A DNA stretch of 64,000 bases, taken from assembly GCF_988243305.1 (NCBI RefSeq), contig NZ_OZ547136.1, one strand, 5' to 3'. Positions 11,792 through 21,289 of this stretch are shown here, one piece after another; the first letter of the stretch is position 1, and every line of letters starts with the position of its first letter. The notes below the pieces were generated by a model. That model worked only from the letters and a program-made list of their open reading frames with translations. It was not told the DNA's origin and searched no databases. The position numbers and the translations under genes were made by a program.

Positions 11792-12991
11792 ATGCCATTT
11801 GTTATTTATGTGTTTACTATCAGTGCCTTTGCGCTCGGACTCGCGGAATTTGTCCCCATTGGGCTGACAGACGTTATGGCTCAGGGGTTGTGTGTGGGTG
11901 TGGAGCAGACCGGGGCAGCGGTTACAACCTATGCACTGGGGGCAACGTTCGCGGCACCCGTACTGTCTGCGCTGACAGCAAGCTGGAGCCGGAAAAATGT
12001 AATGCTTACAACTGCCGTTGTGTTTACTGCCGGTAGTCTGGCGGCCGCGTTTGCAGCCACATTACCTCAGCTCCTGTTAGCGCGGTTCATTGCTGGTCTG
12101 GGACACGGCCTGTTTCTGGCTGCGGCATCCAGTACCGCAGCTCGTCTTGCTGGACCGGGTAAAGCAGGCAGAGCGGTGGCTGTGGTATTTGGTGGCTTTA
12201 CTCTGGCGATGGCAATCGGCGTACCGCTGAGTACATGGTTGGGGGGGGTGGTCTCATGGCGTCCAGTTCTCGGCGCTATTGCCGCTTTTGGCGCGTTCGG
12301 ATTCCTTGGACTGTTGTTCGGTATGAAAGATCCCGTACGCAGCGTGCCCGGTGAACATAGTGACTCAGCAATGCAGAATATCGGCATGCTGTTTAACCGT
12401 AAGTTGCTGGCCGGCGCGCTGGTTACGGTGCTGGCGTATGCAGGCTCGTTTACGGCTTACACCTTTATCGCACCTATTCTGACGCAGGTGACAGGGGTTA
12501 CCGGAGCAAAGGTGAGTCTGTTTATGCTGGTTTACGGTATTACAGCTGCGGTAGGTAATATTCTTGGTGGGAAACTTACCGACAGCATGGGGGTTAATCG
12601 TGCCAATATACTCATCATTAGCGGCATTGTTGTTGTCGTGCTTGGTATGTGGCTGCTGTCATCCTCACCGGTGAGCATGGGCATTCTGGTTGCGCTGCTG
12701 GGTATGGTGACATTTGCCGCAGTGCCGGCACTGCAGGCCCGTCTGATTGGTGTCGCTGAGCAACATGCTCCTCATGCGCATGGTGTTGCTGCCGGCCTGA
12801 ATATTGCGGGCTTCAACTCAGGTATAGCGCTGGGATCAGTACTGGGCAGCATTACTATAAGCCACGCCGGTATCGTGTATACCGGTATCAGCGGTGCGAT
12901 TGTTTCTCTGCTCGGCCTGCTGTTGCTGCTTGCACAAATCCGTCGCAGCCACAGTCGTAAATTTCAACAGGTTAAAATCGTAGGCCAGTAA
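11792..12991 (+). CDS. MFS transporter (12-TM)
   Basis: 399-aa highly hydrophobic ORF MPFVIYVFTISAFALGLAEFVPIGLTDVMAQ... with MFS-like repeat organisation. Confidence 0.7.
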   Translation: MPFVIYVFTISAFALGLAEFVPIGLTDVMAQGLCVGVEQTGAAVTTYALGATFAAPVLSALTASWSRKNVMLTTAVVFTAGSLAAAFAATLPQLLLARFIAGLGHGLFLAAASSTAARLAGPGKAGRAVAVVFGGFTLAMAIGVPLSTWLGGVVSWRPVLGAIAAFGAFGFLGLLFGMKDPVRSVPGEHSDSAMQNIGMLFNRKLLAGALVTVLAYAGSFTAYTFIAPILTQVTGVTGAKVSLFMLVYGITAAVGNILGGKLTDSMGVNRANILIISGIVVVVLGMWLLSSSPVSMGILVALLGMVTFAAVPALQARLIGVAEQHAPHAHGVAAGLNIAGFNSGIALGSVLGSITISHAGIVYTGISGAIVSLLGLLLLLAQIRRSHSRKFQQVKIVGQ

Positions 12992-13002
12992 AGGGAGGTT
13001 AT

Positions 13003-13695
13003 ATGCTTACCCGTGAAAATATGCTTAATGGCACATTTGTCAGGGTGCATGAAGCGCTGCTCCCGGCGAATATGCTCTGGGACGCTGAAAAAATACGCGC
13101 ATCAATGAACTCTACTCTGGAGGAGCGCCCGACGGGTGCTCCTTTCTGGATATTTGCCTACGGGTCATTGATGTGGAATCCCGTGCTGGCAATTGAAGAA
13201 ATGCAACGGGCCCGTCTGAAAGGATGGCAGCGCAGTTTCTGCATTCGTTTGATATCCGGACGAGCGACTCCTGATGTCCCCGGCAGGATGTTATCGCTCG
13301 ACGAAGGTGGAATTACCGAAGGTATTGCGTTCAGACTGCCGGAATCGACTCTTATTAATGAGCTGGAAATTGTCTGGACGCGCGAGATGATAACCGGTCT
13401 TTACCGTCCGGTCTGGGCAGACGTTTCGCTAGGAAACGGTGAGGAAATTCAGGCGCTGGCTTTCGTATCAGACAGACTGCATCCGCATTATGAACAGGAC
13501 AATCTTACAGCGACCGTAGCGTTGAGCATCGCATCTGCCCGTGGAGACATTGGCACGAATGCAGATTATGTATGGAAACTGCAGGCCACTCTGGGTGCGT
13601 TGGGAATACGGGATGATTACGTGAGTGAACTGGCCCTTGCTCTGCATGAGGCTCCCTGTAACGATAAACTTCATCAGCGAGGCGCTTCACTATGA
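13003..13695 (+). CDS. ChaC-like gamma-glutamylcyclotransferase family protein
   Basis: 230-aa ORF with FWIFAYGSLMWNP motif and overall similarity to ChaC. Confidence 0.7.
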   Translation: MLTRENMLNGTFVRVHEALLPANMLWDAEKIRASMNSTLEERPTGAPFWIFAYGSLMWNPVLAIEEMQRARLKGWQRSFCIRLISGRATPDVPGRMLSLDEGGITEGIAFRLPESTLINELEIVWTREMITGLYRPVWADVSLGNGEEIQALAFVSDRLHPHYEQDNLTATVALSIASARGDIGTNADYVWKLQATLGALGIRDDYVSELALALHEAPCNDKLHQRGASL

Positions 13696-14573
13696 GCCAT
13701 CTGAGCCATCTGCGAACGTTTCTTGAGGCCTATCGCTCTGGCTCCTTTTCAAAGGCGGCAGAACTACTGGGCATCACTCAGCCCGCGGCGTCACAGCATA
13801 TCCAGTCTCTTGAGACTCTGGTTGGTAAGCGTCTGTTTATCAGGCAGGCCAGAGGCGTGACGGCAACCGAAGCTGCGGATGAGCTTGCCCGCTCAGTTTC
13901 ACCCTTCATTGATGGTCTGGAAGAAAAGCTGTCCTCTTTCCGGTCAGGCTCTGTACACGGGGGAACAATTAATCTGGCAGGACCGCCAGATTTTATTCAT
14001 TCCCGGCTTGGGACAGTAATGGCTCCACTAATGAAGGAGGGGTATCGCCTACGCTTTCATACCGGCAATAAGCAACGTATTTATTCCCTTTTGCATGACG
14101 GGAGCGCCGATCTCGCTGTTACCGCATCTATGCCTGATGACCGTCTGTACGGCTATGCACATCTACTGACTGAACGCATGCTCCTTGTTCATGCTCCCGC
14201 CATGTCAGAGATCATCGGATCAGAACCTGGTGCTGAAACGCTTGCCTCATTACCGCTGATTGCTTATGACGAAGAGTTGCCACTGATTAGAGCGCTCTGG
14301 GCCTCCATGTTTCAGAGAGCCCCTGAGATGCAGGCTACATTCACCATTCCGGATTTACGTATTATCCGCGACTTGGTCTGTGACGGCCACGGGTGGACAG
14401 TGCTGCCGGATTATCACTGTGACAATGACCTGAAAAGTGGTCGCCTGATTTCAGTGACACCTGCAGACCTCGCTCCGACTAATCATCTTTATCTGGTCTG
14501 GAACAAAAGGACGGCTAATAACAGCCGAACCGCCTATGTTCGGGATTACATTCTTAAAACGTTTCCGCGTTGA
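13692..14573 (+). CDS. LysR-family transcriptional regulator
   Basis: 293-aa ORF MSHLSHLRTFLEAYRSGSFSKAAELLGITQPAASQHIQSLE... (LysR HTH), overlaps ChaC-like stop by 4 nt. Confidence 0.85.
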   Translation: MSHLSHLRTFLEAYRSGSFSKAAELLGITQPAASQHIQSLETLVGKRLFIRQARGVTATEAADELARSVSPFIDGLEEKLSSFRSGSVHGGTINLAGPPDFIHSRLGTVMAPLMKEGYRLRFHTGNKQRIYSLLHDGSADLAVTASMPDDRLYGYAHLLTERMLLVHAPAMSEIIGSEPGAETLASLPLIAYDEELPLIRALWASMFQRAPEMQATFTIPDLRIIRDLVCDGHGWTVLPDYHCDNDLKSGRLISVTPADLAPTNHLYLVWNKRTANNSRTAYVRDYILKTFPR

Positions 14574-14625
14574 TGTTTGAAACGGATGATTGGCGATGTG
14601 TATCATAAGTTACGTATGTCCGCTT

Positions 14626-14641
14626 CTGGCACAAAGCAGAC
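14626..14641 (+). repeat. 16-17 bp direct repeat, copy 1 (ctggcacaaagcagac), flanking the membrane-protein/BCCT module
   Basis: Near-identical copy cttggcacaaagcggac at 18298-18314. Confidence 0.5.
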
Positions 14642-14703
14642 GCCCACTCTCACGCGAATGCTTTGCCCTTGACTTGCCAACAACCGTATCGCTTGCTCCG
14701 CAA

Positions 14704-15996
14704 CTATGGTTTTTTATTAGAACCTTCGCCACTAAATAAATTATAATAAATTGATTTTATTAGATATCTGTCAGAATCTATATGGTCAGCACGAGTAGCA
14801 TGCTCTAATGTTTCAAATGCTAGGGTTTGTGCGGCTTCAGCAAAAATTCCAGGCCAACCCTTACTCAGCATCGACAGTCCTTTAAGTACCCTTATCTGAA
14901 TTTCCCTCATACTGGCACCATCGCGCGCAACAGGTGAGAAAAAGTCTTCAAGTAGATCGTTATTCTGAAGTGGTGCAACATGTACAGAAGGATATTTCAC
15001 TTCTATTTCATCAGATTTATTCTGCGCGTAAGCGGAAAGTATACGTACACCTCTGCCAATGACATCAATGGCGGTTCCAGGATCGTTCACTGCGGGGGAA
15101 AGGGCTCGGCAGGCTATTTCGGCCATGACGCTAAGACAAAATCGGGGGTCCTGAGCAAATGAACGTACATCCGAGACAATAATCGTCTCAAGTAAATCGG
15201 TGCTGATTGATGACTCCTGGCCCTGACTCAGGTACAAAACTGGCGTGGACGGATGTATGAAACTGCCCGGCTGCGCCACGAGGTATACATGACGGGGATC
15301 ATTGGTCAGCAGCTTGCTGAGTTTCACCATATCAACATATTCAACATAGCCAATCTTTTTCGGATAAACTGCAACCGTTCCTTTCGGCTGTTCATTGTTC
15401 TCAAGCCATGGATATCCGCCGAGACAGGGATTTCTTGCTCTCGCAATAAATGTTTCGATGGCCGCCTGTTCTACTTTTGCCGTTGTCTCACCAACCCTCC
15501 CCAGAGAGGTCAAATGCTGTATCCAGCGAAGCAATGTGATGAGGATTAAGGCAATGACAACCAGTGTTACAATGAATAAAATGACTCTCCCCCTTTCTCC
15601 ATAAGCTCCCATATTGAGGGCAATAATCCCTACCAGACTGAAGAGAAAAGAACCGATGAAGGTGGCCAGTACATTTTGTGTGGTGACGTCTTCAACAACT
15701 AAACGAGTAGCTCTGGGAGTCACATTAGTAGTGGCTGAACCGTAGGCTGTGACCATGATGCTCAGCGAAAATGTGGTCACTGCCAGCATACTCGATGCCA
15801 GTATGTTCAGAATGTTATCGACTGCTTCCGCACCAACCTTCACGGAAACCGACTCAGGTATCATTGATTTAAAAAGAATTGATAAAAGGGCCGTTATTAT
15901 TGCGACAATTGCGAATAACGTTGCCCTGAACCATAGTTTTTTAAATGTCTGCTTCAGCATCCATTTCCAGCGTGAAATCATTCTGCATTCCCTCAT
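14704..15996 (-). CDS. Polytopic inner-membrane protein, family uncertain (possibly DUF2254-like)
   Basis: 430-aa ORF with N-terminal TM helices and a soluble C-terminal region; start codon uncertain. Confidence 0.5.
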   Translation of the reverse strand: MRECRMISRWKWMLKQTFKKLWFRATLFAIVAIITALLSILFKSMIPESVSVKVGAEAVDNILNILASSMLAVTTFSLSIMVTAYGSATTNVTPRATRLVVEDVTTQNVLATFIGSFLFSLVGIIALNMGAYGERGRVILFIVTLVVIALILITLLRWIQHLTSLGRVGETTAKVEQAAIETFIARARNPCLGGYPWLENNEQPKGTVAVYPKKIGYVEYVDMVKLSKLLTNDPRHVYLVAQPGSFIHPSTPVLYLSQGQESSISTDLLETIIVSDVRSFAQDPRFCLSVMAEIACRALSPAVNDPGTAIDVIGRGVRILSAYAQNKSDEIEVKYPSVHVAPLQNNDLLEDFFSPVARDGASMREIQIRVLKGLSMLSKGWPGIFAEAAQTLAFETLEHATRADHIDSDRYLIKSIYYNLFSGEGSNKKP

Positions 15997-16044
15997 ATTG
16001 CAGCCGGGATAAATAAATGCCGCCTCTGTGGCGGCATGTTGCTG

Positions 16045-18048
16045 TTAACGAACCAGATGCAGGAAGTGCAGGTGTTTTTCGTACTGGTCCAGTATGTCAT
16101 TAATCAGCTGTTCCTGATTCCAGCCCATTACATCATAATTTTGGCCGCCCTCTTTGAGATAGACTTCAGCGCGATAATATCGATGTTGTTCACTCTGCTG
16201 CTCATCATTATCCAGCGCAGCGAGCGCGAAGGTCGGTGAGTTATACCCGCGAAGCCTCACTTCATATATATAATTCAGCTCGTTGCCCAAATCGACTTCA
16301 AGGCGAATACGATCCTCGGCGGCGTCACTGATGTGGCTTATCGTTCCCTGCTTGTTAAGTTCCTCCTGAACCAGCGTCATGGCGGGTTGGATAATGTCGT
16401 CCATAAAACGTTTCACAAGAGAGCGCTTCGGCAAATACGCGATATTGCGTAACCTTCTCTGCCAGGGAATTGGGTTACGTGCAGCCGTAGGAGCAATAGT
16501 CGCCATGCTAAGGCTTTCACGCTTGGTCAAATCCCGACGCAGGGCTTTTAACAGTCCGTATATGGATATTAATAAGATAACTGAGAAGGGCAATGCACTC
16601 GCTATCGTTACGGTTTGCAACGCACTCAGCCCCCCTGCGATCAGCAGGGCAATAGCAACAACGCCCATGAGCGATGCCCAGAAAATTCGCTGCCAGACGG
16701 GCGTGTTTGCCACCCCACCTGATGCCAGAGTATCCACAACCATTGCCCCCGAATCAGCAGACGTTACAAAGAAGACGATGACCATCGCCATTGCAATGAA
16801 TGACAGCACGGAAGAGAACGGGAAATGCTCCAGGAAATTAAACAGGGCAAGCGCAACATCCTGCTGAACGGTATTGGCGAGGTCAGTGGCGCCCTGGTTC
16901 ATGATGAGATAGATGGCGCTGTTTCCAAACACCGTCATCCACATGAGCGTAAAGCCGGCGGGAACAAACAACACGCCAGTCACGAACTCACGAATTGTCC
17001 TGCCGCGGGAAACGCGTGCAATGAACATACCTACAAACGGCGACCATGAAAGCCACCATCCCCAGTATAATAATGTCCAGCCCCCCAGCCAGTTGCTCGA
17101 CTTGGGTTCATACGCGTAAAGGTTGAACGTTTTACTCACCAGTTCCGACAGATAACCACCCGTATTTTCCACAAATGACTTCAGCAGAAGCACAGTGGGA
17201 CCCAGGCACAAGACCAGCGCCAGGAGCAACACCGCCAGGCCCAGATTAAGCTCAGACAGGATGCGTATTCCCTTGTCCAGGCCGGACACCACCGAAATCG
17301 TCGCTAACCCCGTGATGACCACGATCAAAATGACCTGTACCGTTTCATTGATGGGCACGCCGAAAAGATGGTTCAAACCGGCATTCACCTGCAATACACC
17401 GTAACCCAGTGATGTTGCAACGCCAAAGACAGTGCCTATCACGGCGAAGATATCAACCGCGTGGCCTATAGGCCCGTAAATGCGATCGCCGATAATGGGA
17501 TAGAGCGCAGAACGCAGCGTTAAAGGCAGACCGTGACGGTAACTGAAAAAGGCCAGAATCAGCGCCACGATGGCATAAATTGCCCATGCGTGCAGACCCC
17601 AGTGGAAGAACGTCAGGCGCATGGCTTCCTTCGCTGCCGCAACGGTCTCTGGAGTGCCGACAGGTGGCGAAAGATAATGCATCACAGGTTCGGCAACGCC
17701 AAAGAACATCAGGCCGATCCCCATCCCTGCCGAAAAAAGCATCGCGAACCAGGAGTGGTAGCTGAAATCAGGCTGCGCATGGTCTGGGCCCAGCTTTATA
17801 TCACCGTAACGTGAGAGTCCAAGGAACGTGACGCTCAGTAAAATCAGGGCCACAGCAAGTATGTAGAACCAGCTGGCATTCGTGAAGATTTGTTGCTGAA
17901 GTAGTTTAAAATTTTTGTCGGCGACATCCGGGAATACGGCGGCAAAGGCGACAAGAAGGAAAATTAGCAAAGCAGATGTAAAGAATACCGCTTTGTTAAT
18001 CTGGCTTGTAGACTTCTTTGGGGTTGTATCATTTTCACTCATAATCAT
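16045..18048 (-). CDS. BCCT-family transporter (BetT-like choline/betaine transporter paralog)
   Basis: 667-aa ORF with BCCT hallmarks ...WTLLYWGWWLSWSPFVGMFIARVSRGRTIREF... and a BetT-like C-terminal cytoplasmic extension. Confidence 0.8.
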   Translation of the reverse strand: MIMSENDTTPKKSTSQINKAVFFTSALLIFLLVAFAAVFPDVADKNFKLLQQQIFTNASWFYILAVALILLSVTFLGLSRYGDIKLGPDHAQPDFSYHSWFAMLFSAGMGIGLMFFGVAEPVMHYLSPPVGTPETVAAAKEAMRLTFFHWGLHAWAIYAIVALILAFFSYRHGLPLTLRSALYPIIGDRIYGPIGHAVDIFAVIGTVFGVATSLGYGVLQVNAGLNHLFGVPINETVQVILIVVITGLATISVVSGLDKGIRILSELNLGLAVLLLALVLCLGPTVLLLKSFVENTGGYLSELVSKTFNLYAYEPKSSNWLGGWTLLYWGWWLSWSPFVGMFIARVSRGRTIREFVTGVLFVPAGFTLMWMTVFGNSAIYLIMNQGATDLANTVQQDVALALFNFLEHFPFSSVLSFIAMAMVIVFFVTSADSGAMVVDTLASGGVANTPVWQRIFWASLMGVVAIALLIAGGLSALQTVTIASALPFSVILLISIYGLLKALRRDLTKRESLSMATIAPTAARNPIPWQRRLRNIAYLPKRSLVKRFMDDIIQPAMTLVQEELNKQGTISHISDAAEDRIRLEVDLGNELNYIYEVRLRGYNSPTFALAALDNDEQQSEQHRYYRAEVYLKEGGQNYDVMGWNQEQLINDILDQYEKHLHFLHLVR

Positions 18049-18297
18049 TTATTCCATTAATTAAATCCGCACTGGATAGAAGGTACTACCTCTCACAGAG
18101 TAGCAAAGTTCAACTGGCTATGCGGGGTTAATCGGAATGCATGGTGGAATGAGTGCCGATACAAATCATCCTATATTCTAAGGAGTTTTAAGTTACTCAG
18201 CCTGCCAATTACTGGGGCATTTAATTTGTATGATCTGTATCAAAGCTGGGATATAAGTTAAGTGAAGTATATTAGGCACGAATTACCAGCGTCTGCT

Positions 18298-18314
18298 CTT
18301 GGCACAAAGCGGAC
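18298..18314 (+). repeat. 16-17 bp direct repeat, copy 2 (cttggcacaaagcggac)
   Basis: Matches 14626-14641. Confidence 0.5.
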
Positions 18315-18382
18315 AACCACGCTAGCTCTACCCTGTGCCACAAAATGTCAATTTGCATCTGAACTAATGCACTTTAATCTCG

Positions 18383-18805
18383 TCACTTCAATAAATACCG
18401 AACATCCCCCTGATAAAACGACAATATGCGCTGCATAACTTCGCTCTTCCGGCACTCGCGACAGATTATGTTTAGGCGACTGTCGTAGCGACGTATTTCT
18501 CCGTCAGGTAATGACCAGATAAGGTCCGGATCAACCACAACCGGTTTCTTCAGCTTTGCCCTCGATAATTTTTTGCGGGCATTTTGCCAGTCTTTACGAG
18601 CCTGTTCAGACGGGAATAACCCGTAGCCAGAATTGTATACATCGCCACTGGCAACCAGCTCTCTGGCCAGAACGCTCATCAGATATCTTGTTGCCCCAGT
18701 TTTAGCTTCCAGTTGTCGTAACGTCTCGCGCCCACTCTGGCGTACGAGTTCAAGAACCTGCCCTTTAATTTTTTCCCGCTCTTCTTGTGTAAAAACTTTT
18801 GCCAC
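18383..18805 (-). CDS. Hypothetical replication-module protein (lambda P position)
   Basis: 140-aa ORF MAKVFTQEEREKIKGQVLELVRQSGRETLRQLEAKTGATRYLM...; immediately downstream of the initiator gene. Confidence 0.4.
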   Translation of the reverse strand: MAKVFTQEEREKIKGQVLELVRQSGRETLRQLEAKTGATRYLMSVLARELVASGDVYNSGYGLFPSEQARKDWQNARKKLSRAKLKKPVVVDPDLIWSLPDGEIRRYDSRLNIICRECRKSEVMQRILSFYQGDVRYLLK

Positions 18806-18845
18806 AAGCCCTCCTGAAAATTACCTCATGACCAGAAATTAACAC

Positions 18846-19934
18846 TTACCCCCTGAAGCCCGGCGGAATTTCGTTATCCGGTTCAGAAATATGATTCACA
18901 CAACGCTGGTTGTTCGTGCCGCTTACCTGGAGCAACCAGGGGTTCTCAAAATTCCGGTCCGGTCCAAAAAACGTCGTCGCTCGCTGAACAAATTCCGTTC
19001 CCGTTTTCCCGGTAGCCGCCAAGTATCTTGCGTAACGCCTCACGCCATCCAGCATGGCCTCTGGTGGCACCCCCTCGCGTAATCTGGCCTTCCAGGCACT
19101 GAAAGCGGATTTCTTCGGGTTTGCCCCAGCACGCAACGGGTACTCCCGCCAGACCTGTTCGAACACATCCGGATAATCCACTCGTCCCACAGACTGCCCG
19201 GTGTTTTCCGGGACTACCCGATCGGCTTCCCGCTGAATGGCGGAATCGGCTTCAGGCTGCTGCAGTTGGTGTGATTGCTCCGCCCTTGCGGTCATCACCT
19301 GCTGCACAGCGCCCGAATCGGCTTTCAGCGCATACGCTGAATCGGCTTCCGGTGTCGTGCCTGCTGGCTGACCAAGATTGACGGTCTGAACATCCCCTGC
19401 CTGGTTCGTGGCGTTTTTTACGCCATGGACCATAGTGTTTTGATCTTCTTGATCTGTATCTTTATCTGTATCTTTATCTGTATCTTTATCTGTCGTGACT
19501 CGTCGTGACATGTGCGTGACATTTCGTGACGCGCCGTGACAATCGCCATTTTGTTCCCGCTTTCTTTCCCTCTCTCGCTGCGCCCTCTTGCGCTCTGCAG
19601 GAGATTTTGCGGTTTGCGAAATATTGCCGTTGTCCTCTTTAAGCACCTGGCGTTTTTCCCATCCAGTGATTAAATCACCATCAAGTACCCGCCCCTGCAT
19701 CGTCTGCAAAATTGAATCAATTACCTCTTCTGTCACGTCGAGCGCACTTGCCAAATCTTCTGTCGTGACATCAATGTGACCTCGCGTGACATTTCGTGAC
19801 GCGCTCACCAGGAGGTGGATATACACTGCCATCACTGTTGCAATTGGCTGCCCTGACACCCTGGCAATTGTTCGCCACTTAGGGTCATTTGGCATGTCAT
19901 GCCATAATCTGAGCCAGGCGTTAGCCATACTCAC
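18846..19934 (-). CDS. Replication initiator (O-like) containing the origin iterons
   Basis: 362-aa ORF; internal DKDT tandem repeat and two clusters of CGTGAC iterons inside the coding sequence, as in lambda O/ori. Confidence 0.6.
   Translation of the reverse strand: MSMANAWLRLWHDMPNDPKWRTIARVSGQPIATVMAVYIHLLVSASRNVTRGHIDVTTEDLASALDVTEEVIDSILQTMQGRVLDGDLITGWEKRQVLKEDNGNISQTAKSPAERKRAQRERERKREQNGDCHGASRNVTHMSRRVTTDKDTDKDTDKDTDQEDQNTMVHGVKNATNQAGDVQTVNLGQPAGTTPEADSAYALKADSGAVQQVMTARAEQSHQLQQPEADSAIQREADRVVPENTGQSVGRVDYPDVFEQVWREYPLRAGANPKKSAFSAWKARLREGVPPEAMLDGVRRYARYLAATGKTGTEFVQRATTFFGPDRNFENPWLLQVSGTNNQRCVNHISEPDNEIPPGFRG
19452..19540. repeat. Origin-like repeat cluster 1: ~3.5 tandem copies of a 12-bp unit (atctgtatcttt) followed by five CGTGAC iterons at 10-11 bp spacing
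   Basis: Read directly at 19441-19540. Confidence 0.7.
19764..19800. repeat. Origin-like repeat cluster 2: four (C)GTGAC iterons; shares an exact 21-bp block (gcgtgacatttcgtgacgcgc) with cluster 1
   Basis: Read directly at 19761-19810; an inverted copy gtcacg lies at ~19732. Confidence 0.65.
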
Positions 19935-19999
19935 CTCTTTTGATACCGAATCTTTTTACTCACAAATTGCCGGAAGTGATCCGGTATGAATATTGCGAG

Positions 20000-20425
20000 T
20001 CAATGCACAGCCACAATATTTCCTGCAGGGCCACCACGATTCATCTGGTTGAAACCAGCGATCGCCACTGCGACAAAATCATCAGCGTCTCTCACCAGTC
20101 GTTCCCGCGTCTCCACTAGTTCCCGAAAATAGGCTGAGCTATGGCTGCGCATTCGGGCCACCAGCAGAGGTGGCATTGCTTTTTCGATAGCTGGTAACAA
20201 CGCCTGAATTTTTTCAACTGCATCAGGGGTGTCTTTCTCTACCCAGCGGAAAATTTTCTGGGTATTGCGAGCCAGGGCTTCCGGATGGCTGTCGTCATAC
20301 AGTTCTGGGAACGTCATACCCAGTTCAAAATAAGCCCTGGTTATTTCAGCTGCCGGAACTTTTTCACCGTCCGGATGCGCCCAGGCATTCATCGCCATGC
20401 GGATGTGTTCATGCTTGATTTTCAT
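20000..20425 (-). CDS. YdaT-like protein (CII-position gene of rac-type immunity region)
   Basis: 141-aa ORF MKIKHEHIRMAMNAWAHPDGEKVPAAEITRAYFELGMTFPELYDD...; follows the cro-like gene. Confidence 0.5.
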   Translation of the reverse strand: MKIKHEHIRMAMNAWAHPDGEKVPAAEITRAYFELGMTFPELYDDSHPEALARNTQKIFRWVEKDTPDAVEKIQALLPAIEKAMPPLLVARMRSHSSAYFRELVETRERLVRDADDFVAVAIAGFNQMNRGGPAGNIVAVH

Positions 20426-20690
20426 GAATCAAGCTCCTAGAAAGTGGTTGTGTTAACATTTTGGTATCTTCCAGCTCGGGCCAAATATTCATCCAATCAA
20501 AAGGCCTTAGTTGCTGACGTGTAACTTCACCATTACTGGCTCGCTCAATAAGGACACATAACGATGCCCCTAACACTTGACCTTTACTCAATGCCTTTCT
20601 TAGATAACCGATGCTGGTACCACACTCGCATGCAAACATACGCTGTTCATCTGACGAAAGAGAATTGAGAAATATTCTTAATTCTTCCAT
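20409..20690 (-). CDS. Cro-like HTH regulator (YdaS family)
   Basis: 93-aa ORF with HTH ...CGTSIGYLRKALSKGQ...; divergent from repressor gene across operator region. Confidence 0.6.
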   Translation of the reverse strand: MEELRIFLNSLSSDEQRMFACECGTSIGYLRKALSKGQVLGASLCVLIERASNGEVTRQQLRPFDWMNIWPELEDTKMLTQPLSRSLIHENQA

Positions 20691-20718
20691 AGCTACTCCT
20701 TAGTAAACACAGCAAAGA

Positions 20719-20754
20719 ATACCCACAGGTAAACAAAAGTCAATACCCACAGGT
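20719..20754. promoter_or_regulatory. OR-like operator region: two direct copies of ATACCCACAGGT between cro-like and repressor genes
   Basis: Copies at ~20719-20730 and ~20743-20754, with inverted flanks aggtaaacaa / ttgtttacct. Confidence 0.55.
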
Positions 20755-20790
20755 TGTTTACCTTGCAGTAATCGCATCTATTATTTACCT

Positions 20791-21210
20791 ATGGACAAAT
20801 ATGAATTTAGACGACAGCAACTCATCAAAATTCGTGATGAGAAATGCGATGGTAAAGCGGTTAACGTGGCCAGAAAGATCGGGCGCGAGCCTTCTTATGT
20901 ATCAAGAATGTTGTACCCAGAGGGGAAAAAGGGAAAAAAACGGATCGCTGATGATATGGTGGAGATTATCGAAGAGTCCTTTGGGTTACCCCGGGGATGG
21001 ATGGATGGTATCGTTTCATCATCAACGAACACAGCCTCCAGTTATGAAACAAGGGTTCTAACGCCACGACAACGTATTTTTTTAGATCTCTTAGACGAAC
21101 TGCCAGAAAGTGAAGCGGATAACTTATTAAAAACTCTTGAAGAGAAAAAACAGTATTACAATATGATCTACGAAGAAATCCGTAAAAAGAAAGCACAAAA
21201 CGCATCATAG
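20791..21210 (+). CDS. Putative prophage repressor (HTH protein, cI position)
   Basis: 139-aa ORF MDKYEFRRQQLIKIRDEKCDGKAVNVARKIGREPSYVSRML...; divergent to cro-like gene, flanked by operator-like palindromes. Confidence 0.55.
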   Translation: MDKYEFRRQQLIKIRDEKCDGKAVNVARKIGREPSYVSRMLYPEGKKGKKRIADDMVEIIEESFGLPRGWMDGIVSSSTNTASSYETRVLTPRQRIFLDLLDELPESEADNLLKTLEEKKQYYNMIYEEIRKKKAQNAS

Positions 21211-21252
21211 CTCACCAAACAACTAGTCACCAGTTAAGACACCGCAAAAAGT

Positions 21253-21289
21253 TACCCATGGGTATTTACTTTTTAAATACCTATGGGTA
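21253..21289. promoter_or_regulatory. OL-like operators: palindromes TACCCATGGGTA and TACCTATGGGTA
   Basis: Two 12-bp (near-)palindromes 25 bp apart downstream of the repressor gene, sharing the TACCCA half-site with the OR region. Confidence 0.5.

Noticed and set aside
19452-19492. Tandem 12-bp repeats considered as a CRISPR array or VNTR
   Set aside because: Only ~3.5 short units with no spacers, located inside the initiator coding frame next to iterons; interpreted as part of the origin. No CRISPR array is present in the window.
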